Source of the DNA: Takakia lepidozioides | Lineage: Eukaryota > Plantae > Bryophyta | Assembly: GCA_030704615.1 (NCBI GenBank) | Contig: CM060731.1 | Span: 35,154,001 to 35,218,000, forward strand | DNA: 64,000 bases | Direction: 5' to 3' | In this document: piece by piece, positions 28,311-40,020 of the stretch | Layout: each line of letters opens with the position of its first letter | Numbering within the stretch: position 1 is the stretch's first letter | Notes under the pieces: model-generated | What the model saw: only the letters and a program-made list of their open reading frames with translations | The model's database searches: none | Told to the model about the DNA's origin: nothing | Translations under genes and position numbers: made by a program

Positions 28311-29306
28311 TAGTGACGCTAACTCATGAGGAAGATGCTTGCCATACACCAAGTCCACTTTCTCCACTTTAACTCACCAAAACCGCGCCATTCATCCTAT
28401 GGCAACTAACCAAGCATGGCTGATTTCCAACCCTTGTAAGCACTCATTCACACGCTCTTCTTGGTAGTAGCACACCTCTTAGTGCCTATTCCAGCCCCTA
28501 CACTTGCCGCTTCAAGAGCCATGCTCTCCTCAAGCTTAAGGTTGAAACCCCAACTCAAACATATGCTCTACAAGTGCTTTTCATTCACCTAAGTGGAAAC
28601 CAGCCCTTTTCATGACTTCTTGCTCTCCAAGGCTTGAAAATAGAAGCCTCAATGGGCTGAAAACATGCTCCACATAAACATCACCTCATACACAAAGGAA
28701 TGAACTTGTTCCTTTCACCTTCTAGCTCTCCTCAAGCTTGAAGTTGGAAGCCGCACTTGGAAAGCATGCTTCACACATGCGCCACTTGCTTGGTCAACCA
28801 CTTGTTTTACCAAGAGCAATCCAAGAACTCATAAAACTAGCAAAAACACTCCCTTTTAGCGCCTTAGCTTGATTGTTTGTCAACCAAATGAAACCCCACT
28901 TGGCTTCAATTCACCATGGACAGAACAACCACTTCTTAGATTCTCTTCAACTACTCAATGCTCATCAAACTACCCTTGTTGTGCTCATTCGTGTTTCCAA
29001 CCTAAGCATGTGCCGCTTCTCTTGTGATGCAAGAGCTCTTCTCCAAGCTTTCAAACCCTTAATGCACATACAAGCTCTTTCATTTGCAAGACCATGCAAG
29101 CTTTGTGATGTAAGAGAGTTCTCCTTAAGTGCTCCACCTTTATAGAGCAAAGCAATGCTTCTCAAACCCTAACATCCATGTTCTTCACGCCACAAATATT
29201 TTCCTTTGCAACACCTGCAACACCTTGCAACAAAGAGCTCTCTACCACGCTCTCTTCAACAAGCTCTCAAGCTCTTCAACACGTAAGTGCTAAACTAACC
29301 CTTACA
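28311..29306 (-). mobile_element. Probable 5' LTR of the Gypsy element
   Basis: Lies directly beyond the PBS-like motif; the minus strand starts TGTAAG at 29306 and has a TATA-like motif near 29140. Boundaries are approximate. Confidence 0.45.
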
Positions 29307-29370
29307 TTCTGCACTCACAAGCATAAGGTCATCTTCTTGTAGTGATAAATGAAAGTGAACAAAATGGAAA

Positions 29371-29542
29371 CACACCACTTATGAACCACTCAATCACATA
29401 AACTAAGTCAAGCCAAGGGCACCCTTGCTAAGGGAATCCACCCTACAAAGCCCTCACCACACCACTTATGAACCACTCAATCACATAAACTAAGTCAAGC
29501 CAAGGGCACCCTTGCTAAGGAAATCCACCCTACAAAGCCCTC
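29371..29542 (+). repeat. 87-bp tandem duplication (2 copies)
   Basis: CACACCACTTATGAACC...CAAAGCCCTC starts at 29371 and 29458, with one mismatch noticed. Confidence 0.92.
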
Positions 29543-30296
29543 TCCCTCTCAATACCTAGAGCTATGGAGGTGAGAGAGGCTCATGGAGGCTCAACTACAA
29601 GAAGAGTGGAAGGAAAGAGAATGAAATGAAATGGAACTTGTAACGACCACAGAAAGCTCCAAGAGCTTACGGGACCAAATCGGAAAACATGAGAGAGGAC
29701 ATTGTTATAGAAAATGGATATTGTCTTCAAGCTGTCTGCACACCAGGCATTGACAATCTCCCTTTCCTCTCTGCATCCGTTTATTGTTTGAAAGTAGACT
29801 CCCCACCCTCAGTTAAAATTACAGTAGTGCCAAAACTACCCTTCACTCACCCATGTCACAAACTGGAAACGAGTTCAGGGTTTTATGCCTAACTTTTGTT
29901 CGGATATTCTGCACGGTTTCAACATGGCCTTAGACACGTCAGCTTCCGAGTCAGCTTCTTAGCAGGGTCAGTTCCTCCTGCATAATATTCAGGTACTTGA
30001 AAATATCCTCTTCCCGTTCCTGTTTAAATGGGTTGGACTGGATGTTGGCAGATCCACTGCCTTTGTCTCCAGACACAATCAGGGGTACAGGCAGCTATCC
30101 ATCCATGCATCCTAGACCCAGCCCAATTCTTTGAACCTTTTTCCTTGGAAGAGCCTCCCTCTCCTCTGGCCTTCAGACATGCAGCTCCCTCACTCTTGGA
30201 GCCAGCTCCCATTTTTGGGCTTAGAATCCACAATGCTCATTTTGCAATACTTCCACCCTTCCTCATCAGCTCCCACCCCTGACTACATAGAAATAA

Positions 30297-30620
30297 TGTA
30301 CTAATAAGACATTTTCCATAGCCATGTGGCCATAGACCCTGTGCCCAGTTCGGGCTGAACAGAGAACAGACAGTACGTCTATGAGGGTCTCACACTCCAG
30401 TAGTGGGACTTACCTTGTTATAACTAATTAATTTAGGCTCTCCAAATTTCCTCTAGAAAGCTGTTCACACAAACATCAATCTGCTGCGAGCTGCGTAGCA
30501 ATTAGACCCCAACAGGACCAAGGCTTTATGTTCAGCCTCGAGAGGTTGAAATTTGGTGAACAGGTCCTGAAGAGGGTCACTCTCTGATCAGAATACCCCG
30601 GACATTGTAACAGATAATGG
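30297..30620 (-). mobile_element. Old diverged LINE 3' fragment
   Basis: TGTACTAATAAGAC..GCCATGTGGCCATAGACCC..CCCAGTT..GACTTACC..CCTCTAGAAA..TCAGCCTCGAGA aligns with about 104-450. Confidence 0.75.
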
Positions 30621-30649
30621 ATATTCAGCCTCCCTAAAATGCAAAGACA

Positions 30650-31230
30650 ATCTCCTCAGGTCAGCATGTATCTCAATTTGCGGATGTGATTTGTCATCTA
30701 CACAGAACACATGCACCTGGTTCTCCACCTCAATGCATCTGTGCCATGGCTCTTTTTCTCACACCTGCATCCTCCATCATCTTTCTTACCTTTGCTTGAT
30801 CATCCCACCTCCCAACAGCGCACCTATTGCATATGAGCACATAAGATCCAGTATCTTTTGGATTGCACTTGAGAAGGCATTTTGCAGCATATTCTGCTCG
30901 ATCCATATCGTCATGAAGATTGCAGGCAGCAAGCAATGCCCCCACACAGCAGCACCTGGTTCAAATGGCATTTTCTTGATGAAGCCCTTTGCCTTATCCA
31001 ATTGCCCTGCACGGCCAAGAATATCCACCATGCAGCCAAAATGCTCAGCAGTAGGGGTGACGTCATGATCCCGACTCATGGAATCAAAGTGGTGACAACC
31101 TTCATCCACCAAGCCCATATGGGTACATGCAGAGAGAACACATACAAGGTGATACCATTTGGCTCCAAACCTTCATGTTGCATTTGTTCAAATAGTTGGA
31201 GGGCTTCCCAACCACACCCATGCCACAACC
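30650..31230 (-). pseudogene. PLS-class PPR pseudogene (last repeats, E1/E2, start of E+)
   Basis: [83 protein letters not shown]; frameshifted. Confidence 0.9.
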
Positions 31231-32749
31231 ACAAGTTGTAATAACCACTCTGAACGAAGAGTGGTCTTATGAAGGGCCACTCTAACATGCTGTGTGTAAC
31301 AAAAATGCGATCTCATACAAGTCAAATCTATGGCTGCTCAATATAGTGGTGATCTTGAAGTGGTAAACTTAGCAGTACAACCAACATGGACAACATTGAC
31401 AACCAAGTGCCATTCAAAAGAAGGTAGATATCAGCAGCACAACCATGTGTACCGGGTCAGCAGAACTACATAAAAAAATGTTATACGAAGAAAACCGTAA
31501 GGTCACAACAATAGGTCACAACAATATTTCGTCAGGCCCGCAAACCTACAGAATTGTTCTATCAAATCCTTCACACAGTCGGCTGGATGTCGACCAGAGA
31601 TGGTCACATCCTCCACTGGAACATCCATGGCATGTGCCTGGACGCTCTCCTTTCTGGAAGCAAGGAGGTGGATATCATAGCTGGGCCCTATTTGACAGTG
31701 AGCCATTTTTACAAGCCAAGAACTGTCAACCTACAAGACTTTGGTACATCTACACTCTATCTCTCTAAATGTTTAAGACAACCTTGAGGGGAAGGAATAG
31801 ACTGGTGAACTTGCAGAAGTCTAGCCTCTACCCACTGGGCTGGTTCTATACTTCCCAACCACTTGAAATGTAATTAAGTCTGAAAATGATCATTGCATCC
31901 GATTCATGCAAAGTGGGGTATTTGGGAATTGAATCTCTCCTTGATGAATCTGGTTATGGGAGTGGATTGTAGAGCATAATTGTGCACTAAAGATTTATAG
32001 ACTCTCTTTCACAGGCATGTATGCTATACCCTTATCCAAACCCATTAGCTAGCCTCTATAAAATTTGCCTGTGGCATTATTTCTGAACTAACTTTTATTT
32101 TAAGCATTCCACATGAAGAGTGTGAACTGTTTGAATGGGCCCCATTAACGTTGGGTTTGCAGGGCACATGCACATTTGGACTCAGTCATCGCCATCGCTG
32201 CTGGCAACAACTTTTGTCTATCTCGATAATGTAGGAAAGATCATGCAAAGTCCCAAGGGAAAGAGATGGTGACGGTGTAGAGTTGAAGATTACCTGAGAC
32301 GTTTCATGAGGCTCCCTCCCGATTCGGCCTGCGCCTACAGTGCCCACAACTTTGTCTCCCAGGTCGTGTGATCTGTGAACTATTTCTGCCACGTCCCATT
32401 GCCCTTCCAACACTTGCTTCCATCCTGAAGAAAGTTTCGCACCATAAACAGCAACTGCGGTTGGTCTCACAGTGGCCGAGGTCACAGGTTTGATATTTGA
32501 ATGCCGATCCCACCTTCCATCTGAGCTATGACAGGCCAATTGTTAGTGTCTAGATATTACATCTTTGGGAGATTGGTTTCAGCGTAACCCACTAGGAATG
32601 CTCTTACTTTGGAGCTGATTGTGGTGATACGTGATTACACACACCAGGGTAGGACCCACTCGGTCTACAACCGCCTTCATAGCTCTCCCACACAAATCTG
32701 GTTGCAGAATGATCTAGTGTTATGTGGGTTGGCAAGATTTGACATATAA

Positions 32750-35700
32750 TTACCCCCGAACAGAGATGTGGCAAATAGCGCTGCCCAGGGTTACACTGCC
32801 AAAAAGACGGAGGCGGAATGGAGGCAGTATATAGCCCTTGAGGTAATCTTAGGGCTGGTGAGAGGGAGGGAGCACAGAGAGGAGACGTTGATCAACGTTT
32901 TTTACACGCAGTGAATGCATGTGAACCTCGTCTTGAACGTTGACTTTGGGAAGACTTTCTCGCACAAACCTACTTCACACTGGAGGCCTATATCAGGAGA
33001 TGCGCTCGCTGTCTGGAACAACTGCTTCTGCAGGGAGTTTGAGAAAGACAAAGGAATCTCCAGGTCGTACGAATTCAAAAACCAGTACAACAGCTAGCAA
33101 GCAATGAAACGAGTGTTGTACAGGTGTGACCTCCAAGAAACAAATCTGGTACTTGAAGTGTATGTTTCTGTATTCTTGTGTCGTTCTTTCCATGTAGATT
33201 TGCGAATTTGAAGGTTTTGAGGGAGCTCCGAGGGCTCTGGACAAGCAGTCAAGAAACATTGCGTTAACGCAAGCTTGTATCCCGTTGTTTTCGTTTCACT
33301 TTCCTATACCTGGGGTATGCAATAATGTCATTTTTCTGCATGTGAAAGGGAAAAAACTGACAGGAAAATCAACCTTGCGTCAACGCAAGGTTGATAAGGG
33401 CCAGGCTAGGTAGGTTTTCCTGTGTTTTTGGGCTGTAATTTGCTGTCGTTTCCAGTTCCAATGCTGCCAAGATGAACATAAAGTCTATTTGGAGTCTGTT
33501 TGAAATGATGTTTAGAGCTTACACTGTACCAACAAACCGCCTTGCGTTGACGCAACGTTGTTTGACGATATGGATTGCTAGAAATGTCCCGCAACAATAC
33601 CCCGATTTCCATACAATTGTAGGAAAGCTATGGTTATCAGATACCATGGACAGGTGTTTCAACAGAGGAATTCAACATTGCGCCAATGCAAGGTTGAATA
33701 TCCATACCAACAGATATTCGGATGGTTGTTTTCAAGCACTGTTTTCCATTTCCTCTGTGAATGAAAACAACCTTGCGTTGAAGCAATGTTGAATTGCGCT
33801 TGTCAATCACTGTTTCTTTCAATGCAACATTATCATAGGTGTGTCCGCCAATCTACTTTGCGTCAATGCAAGGTTGATTGGGAATTCCATGTTGTGCATG
33901 AGATGTTTTAGGAAAATGGGCTTTCCCTCTCGTAAGTGCTCGTGAAAGTACAGTTCTCCACATTTGTTGTTTCTCATTTCTGCTCGAATCAACATTGGGT
34001 CAACGCAAGGTTGATTCGGGCTTTCAAAAGTTGGTTTCTCAGTGTTACTGACCTGCATTCCAATACCTTTTTCCCGATGTGTGATCTGTTTCCTGTTCAG
34101 ATCGAATGGCTATCTGGATTTTGGGTTTGTGTAATTTAGGTACATGTATAATGTCCTCATACCGGGAAAGTACCTTAGTGATGACCCTGACTTCATCTAC
34201 TCATGGGCTAACCCCTCCAATGACAAGACAATGTACACGGCTGGTATTGCCAGAGACTGGAGCAGGGCGCACTTCAGAGACTGTGGGTGGTACCTCGACC
34301 TGCCAAAACAAGACACACCATTCGATGAAGTTGTTTTGAGAAACCTTAACGACAACGCCACAGCAATTGCCCCACTGGTTGACAAAGACATTCAGGACAA
34401 AATCATTACTGCTTTGGCTGCAAAAGAGCCCGAGAAATCTGCTACTCCAAAACGGAAGGGGAAGATTGTCGGGGATCCGAATGGGAAGGGGAAGAGTGCA
34501 GCTCCATAGGGACATGGACCGTTAGAGGTCGCTGAAAGACAGCCTTCTCCAACTAGGAGGGATAGGAGAACATCAAAGTCGAGGGAGTAGCCTTTCGAGG
34601 CGAGAGAACATCCATCCAGGGTTTTGGGCCTGTTCCATCGTAAGGTGCTGAATAAAAGTTTTCTTGCAATGATGGAATCCAGGAAGTCCACATTCAAAGG
34701 GGTGCCGTCGAAATCATGGGACATGCTTGTTTCGTTCCTCACTCAGGTAAGCACATATGTCTTAACTATTGTATGAATAATTTTGTTTTGGCAACTTGTT
34801 TTGGCTTGTCCAGGGGATTGATTTCGTGTTGGATTTGGATTGGGCTTCTGACACTGTCTCCTGTTTTTTGCTGTAGGTCACAAAAAGGCTGGATTGGGTG
34901 AATGGAGTTCAGCAGGCATACGCGACTGACCTTGTGGGTGCTGGACATTCCTGACGGTTTTCCTGTCCCTGATGTGTTGCCTTCCAATTCGACCCCAACT
35001 TGGAACAAATCGGATTCTCGTTACTGGCAGTGGGCTTTCTCATTCAGCAACAAATTCCTTTCTGACTCGGGGGCTCTTCTTCTCATGCAGTCAAAGGACA
35101 TGTCGGCACGGAGAACTCTTTTCAGCTACATGAAAGCTTCCAGGTTTCGTGTCATCAAAACTTGGACATGCATCAACACTCTGACTCTTACGAAGGGCGA
35201 GTTCCCGGGGCAGAAAGTGAGTTGGTTCATTTCAATTAAAGTTTTGTGGTTTTTCAGTAAATGTCAAAAGGCAGGTTATGTCTTTTGCCTCATGCTCTCT
35301 TCGTGATTATTGACAGATTTGGGTGTTCGAAGCTTTGTGCCTGGTGAGGGTGCGGAAGGACACTCTTCCTCCTGGTATTGCTGAGTTCCAGTTGAGGGAC
35401 CTTGCAGCTCACATTGACCCCACCTGCGAGCCTGTGGAGGATGATGTAATCTTCAATTACGTGGACTCGGGTCGAACTACGAAAAGGTCGATTGGTGTCC
35501 CTGGGAGATGTGCACGGGAGAAATCTCCATCTTTCATGCAGACTTTGGTGGAGACATGCAGCCGTCACGGTGGACGAGTGGTTGACTTGTCTATTGGCAC
35601 AGGTGGGGCCCTGAATATTGTGTTTGAAATATGGGCAGTGACCTTAGGGAAGCCCTGTTTTAATTTCTCGTTCGTCTTGGATTTGCAGGAGCATCTTTTC

Positions 35701-35882
35701 ATGCTTGCAAGAGCGCCGGAAGGCACTTCTTCGGCATGGAGGCTGATACGGAGCTCTTCTCAAGCGAGCTTCGTCAGCTTGAGTCGGGCACTACTTCTGC
35801 CCCATCCACGGAGGGACTTTTGGAGGAGCCCGAAGCGCCTGACGAGGATCTCGACGTGGACTCCGATTTTGAGTGTGAGTAA
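32750..35882 (+). pseudogene. Spliced beta-class N4-cytosine/N6-adenine DNA methyltransferase-like gene with an unknown N-terminal domain
   Basis: Exons about 32750-33093 (uncertain), 34140-34746, 34877-35216, 35317-35602, 35689-35882; the last three introns are GT-AG and in phase. Motif IV DLVVLDIPDG (after removing one extra G at about 34937), motif X EKSPSFMQTLVETCS, motif I RVVDLSIGTGAS, motif II GRHFFGMEAD. Stops at 32912, 34507 and 34588. Confidence 0.8.
33254..34013. repeat. Array of seven 24-bp palindromic repeats with unique spacers
   Basis: Consensus CAACATTGCGTCAACGCAAGGTTG at 33254, 33370, 33537 (reverse), 33673, 33768 (reverse), 33853 and 33990. Confidence 0.92.
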
Positions 35883-36618
35883 GTTCGGCTGTAATCATGC
35901 AAAATATGTTGCATTTCCTTGTGTCATTCCCGTTCGACAGATGGTTGCTTACATTGTCTATTTCTGGATGATAACATCTACCACCATTCCTCTTCTTGCC
36001 TTCCAGAGTTCGGCACCAGTCATCGAATCAGCAGACACCTTTCGGTTTCCAATGATACTACATGTCCCCGAGTCCCCCTAGAGCTTACCGCTTGCCGGTT
36101 TATGTGGAAGCTTGCGCACGGGTGTTATCCCAACAAACAATGTATTCGCATCTCCATGGGGGTCGTGGAAACGAAAAACGTCGCGGATGTGCTGCTGTAT
36201 TCATAGATGATATTGCTGCAATCTCTAGAAGTGGTTCATCTGAACCTCCAATAGTTCTTGAGGTTCAAGTACCGAGGCTTAATAAAATGTGTTTTGGTTT
36301 TGCTTCCATCCCCAAACTGTTTTTCAAGTTCTTCGCGCGTTCCCGTAAGTACAGTTAGGGATTGCCTGGGGTAGGTCTTCGGATTCCGGAATTGAAAAAT
36401 GTTTGTGGGTTGGAATGAATGTACTGCTTTGCAAAAAAAAGGGTTTGCTGTTAATATTCAATTATCTAGTGGGCGATCTCCTCATTCCAAAGTCATGACC
36501 TCAATCCTAAACCATCCGCAAACCTGCCATTGTTCTCGGCCAGAAAGAATATTCATGTGGGGGCAATGAAGAGGGATCAAAAAATAAGGACATAGGCGAC
36601 AGCCGATCCGCAGTAATA

Positions 36619-36664
<46 letters not shown>
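36619..36664 (+). repeat. Poly-G tract (46 nt)
   Basis: Uninterrupted G run. Confidence 0.95.
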
Positions 36665-36667
<3 letters not shown>

Positions 36668-36790
36668 GGAATTAGGGCCTGAACACGTGGATGCTTGCTG
36701 ACGTGGCGTGAGCCAAGCTAGGCTCACAGGCTCACAGGCTCACGCACAAGCATTCCCCTTGGGAATTGCATTGGGTTTGCGAGTTCGCAG

Positions 36791-37076
36791 GTACACAAAA
36801 TATGTGTTCATGGAGGGAAAACACTTGAGCGGTGTCCCTGATTATCTCGACATGTGGTCGGATCCTGCCAATGACCCAACCATGTACACAGCTGGGATTT
36901 TGAAGGACTGGAGTCTTGCCCATTTCGGGGACTATGGATGATACCTTGACTGCCCTTTTGAGCACACAATGTTTCAAAAACAGCAAATGAAACATATGAA
37001 CAACCATGCGGAAATGTTGGCGCCTCTCGACGATGACGAGTATCAAAGAAAAATAGCTGTATTGGCTGCGAAGGAG
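36791..37076 (+). pseudogene. Diverged paralogous exon of the methyltransferase N-terminal domain
   Basis: YTKYVFMEGKHLSGVPDYLDMWSDPANDPTMYTAGILKDWSLAHFGDYG*YLDCP..LAAKE versus the 34140 exon: 31 of the first 55 positions identical by manual count; same acceptor AG|GTAC and phase. Confidence 0.85.
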
Positions 37077-37786
37077 CATAGACTTCTTCATTTGTCTTTT
37101 GGTGACATGTTAGCCCACATGATTGATTTTATTATCAATATCAATTTTTCTGGATCTCCATTGTAGGAAAGGCAGCTGTGGGTCTTCAATAGCCTCCATG
37201 ATGTGGAATGATTCCGTATTCGACAGCCCCCTGCCCAGTTTTTTGCTTCTTATGTATGCAGAAGAAATGACACTTCGCACATGCATGGTTCCCATGGTTC
37301 AACATGACTGGCATGACATGGGAATTGTCAAGACAATGAGGGGAAACCATGTTGTAATAAACTGGTAAGCTTGGTCCATTCGAACGTTTGTTAGAGGATA
37401 AGGCATGCCAGGGGTTGGGGGAAGGTGTTATTTTCCTATTATATATTCTTCCATCTCGAATTACTGTGTATCTCTGCAGTGTCGCTATGTACTGCAGGAA
37501 TCTTTTGAATGTAATCCCAACTCTCATTGTTATTTGGGAAGGGAGCAAGGTCTTTCCCGTGGCAGCCTCTATGGCACTCACGTTGTGAAGTTATTTTGTC
37601 ATCATTATAATTATAATAGTGAAACTTACAATTCTAATTGCACAATGTTGTGGAATGGATGCCACAGTTGTAGGCTTATTTCCCATTTCGGGTGTTTGAT
37701 GGTAGTCTTCATTGTATTCATCCAACGATTGCCTGGATTAATCCCACGGTCATAGGACCCTCCTCGGATATAGGCGCCGTATGTTT

Positions 37787-37922
37787 TGCTGACGTGGCGG
37801 ACGACGACGCAAAGCCATGTCAGCATTTGTCGCCATGTCAACCTGCTGACATCACGCTCACGCCATGTCAGCGTTGGTGCACGCTCACGCCACGTCACTC
37901 CTGCGTTAGCGTACGCTCACGC
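37787..37922. repeat. Cluster of GCCA(C/T)GTCA(GC) motifs, transposon-subterminal-like
   Basis: At least five copies in both orientations; an inverted copy lies at 36697-36713. Confidence 0.6.
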
Positions 37923-40020
37923 CGCTGCGTCGTTGCATTTTCAGGCGCACCCAAGAATTCAAGATTGTTTGCATATTGGTGTGTCTTGTAGAACAGTCCC
38001 AACACCTTCTTCCCTCCTCGCTCTCCCTGTCCATACAATCCAGATGCAGCCCCCGCTACCCCAAATTATTAAAACTCTGCTAGCTACAGAAATATTGTAA
38101 TCCTTCGACTACAGCCAGTCCCCATTTTGAAAGAAAAAAAGGTTGTGTAGCATCCACCATGTAAGATCTCCTTCTGAGATCGGTGTGCGAAATCCCTCTG
38201 TGCTCAAGCATGCGGAGACATCATCGTCTCGTCCCAGCGCGGCAAGACACCTCGGGCATTTCGGGCAGGTTTCAAAAAACTTGACGACGATGATGAGGCT
38301 GACGACGACGATCTGGCGTGACGACGATGACGTGGTTACAATGACATGGCGACTATCACGTGGTACTATGGCACCCTATTCCTGCTCTACGCTAAACTAA
38401 GTTAAGATAACAATGGCCCTCATTGAGGGGTGGGGGCACCGTAAAAAAGCAAGAGGTGATTTGTTGTTGTCGAGTAGTGTCACAATGTCCGCCATAGCCG
38501 GTTCTTCGAGCTTCTGGGGTTGCAGATGAGCGTGGAGGCACTCTCTCACGGCGCAGCATGATTGAGCATAGTTGGATCATGATGATGCGTGTGCGGCTCC
38601 CAGATTCTCCAGTTGCCTGTGGAGGTAAGTTGGTCGGTGTTCCAGAAGCATTTGCGAAGATTGAGAACGAGACAGCGAGAGGGAGTTGAAGTAGGGACTG
38701 GTGAATTAGCGATAGAGATTGAGCGTGGAAAGATCAGGGCTCAAGAATTGTTATGTTTGCTTCTTGTACTTCAATGTTTTTCGTGCCGCCTTATAGAGCT
38801 CAATGCAGATGTTTAATTTCTCAGTCTTTTATCAAAATAAAGACACATGCGCTTTTCTTATACTAGTGGTTGGATTAAGTCTTCGGACTGTGGAATTGGC
38901 CGCATACGGACTTCCACTCCCAGTCTCCTCTGCTTTCTACCTATTTATGTATTTGGTAATGTACGTGAGAGGAGTGTCGTTTTTGCTGCTTTGAAGATAA
39001 GACTGTAGAAAACTGAACTAAGCCGAAGCGTCGTCTGTAGTCCGGAGAGGTGGAAGAACTATACAGGCGGGCAGGGGGTTTCAGGAAGTTACTTATGGTT
39101 TCCCCTCTTGCAGGTGCTCTAATATTCCCAATGGCAGCTGAATGGACCGAGCTCGTCACATTGTAGACAAATAATATAAGGGGACATTATGAGATGCTTT
39201 GGGAGGCTGAAGGCAAAATGGTTTCCAGGTAAATTTGGCACACACGGAAGAGTTATTCATAATTCATGAAAGGTTGTCAATGCAGAAGGAATTAGGCTTA
39301 TTCTTATCAGCGAGATAAACCAAACAAGTGAATCCAAAGACCATGCCATTTTATGAGAGGAAAGGACCTTGAAACGTGTAGAATTGGTAACTAATTTTAG
39401 GGTCTAGGAGCTTTTGATCAGATGTCAAATATCTAATGCAACACGTTTGTGAAGGATGTAATGAAAGGCATGGTCACAAACCCATTGAGCAAATAATCTG
39501 GTGAAGTTTTATTGTGTATTGCTTGTATGAAGGGCTACAAAAGGGAGTATAACTCGGTAGCTATATTTGGTTTCTGAGCCTGAATGAAACAGGTGGGCAC
39601 TTGGGAGCAAGTGTAAACAGATTCTGAAGAGTTCAAACACTAGGCATATCACAAGTGCCAGAGTAAAATACTGCGTTTCTACCCTGTCGTATATATTAGG
39701 TGGTATATCTTGGGGTAAATACTGGAACTCTCCTTTTCTTTAGGTGCTGGGGACTCAGGTGAGCTGCTCTGTTGTAAAAGCTTACAAAGACTGACACTGG
39801 TCATGAGGGGGGTATGTTGACAGGGAATCAACCAAGATATGGTCATTTTGTGCCTTCAAGTTGCAATTGATTGCAACTCAGTCACAACCACAAAGAACCA
39901 AGCAAATGTCCTAGAGCAGGATCCAATCTTGGTGTCAATTCTGAGTACAAAGAATTACATGGAGAAGGTGTAGATTGATAAAGAGAAGCGAAGGAAGAAG
40001 GGTGCATTTGCTGCTCAAAT

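Noticed and set aside
33254-34013. CRISPR array
   Set aside because: Spacers vary from 61 to 143 bp, repeat orientation flips, there are no cas genes, and the array sits in eukaryotic intron-like DNA.
32750-35882. Bacterial contamination as the source of the methyltransferase
   Set aside because: The gene has in-phase spliceosomal GT-AG introns and lies between plant PPR and SDIR1 sequences.
35959-36280. Convergent minus-strand exon (..HIRDVFRFHDPHGDANTLFVGITP..)
   Set aside because: Three internal stops in about 105 codons is close to chance, and no motif was recognised.
36425-36470. Helitron 3' end (hairpin + CTAG|T) closing the methyltransferase module
   Set aside because: The hairpin is only a weak 5-bp stem and no matching 5' end or Rep/helicase was found.
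36482-36727. Proline-rich ORF
   Set aside because: The poly-Pro is just the poly-G run read on the minus strand.
37110-37760. Gene fragment in short overlapping ORFs
   Set aside because: No recognisable motif or consistent frame.
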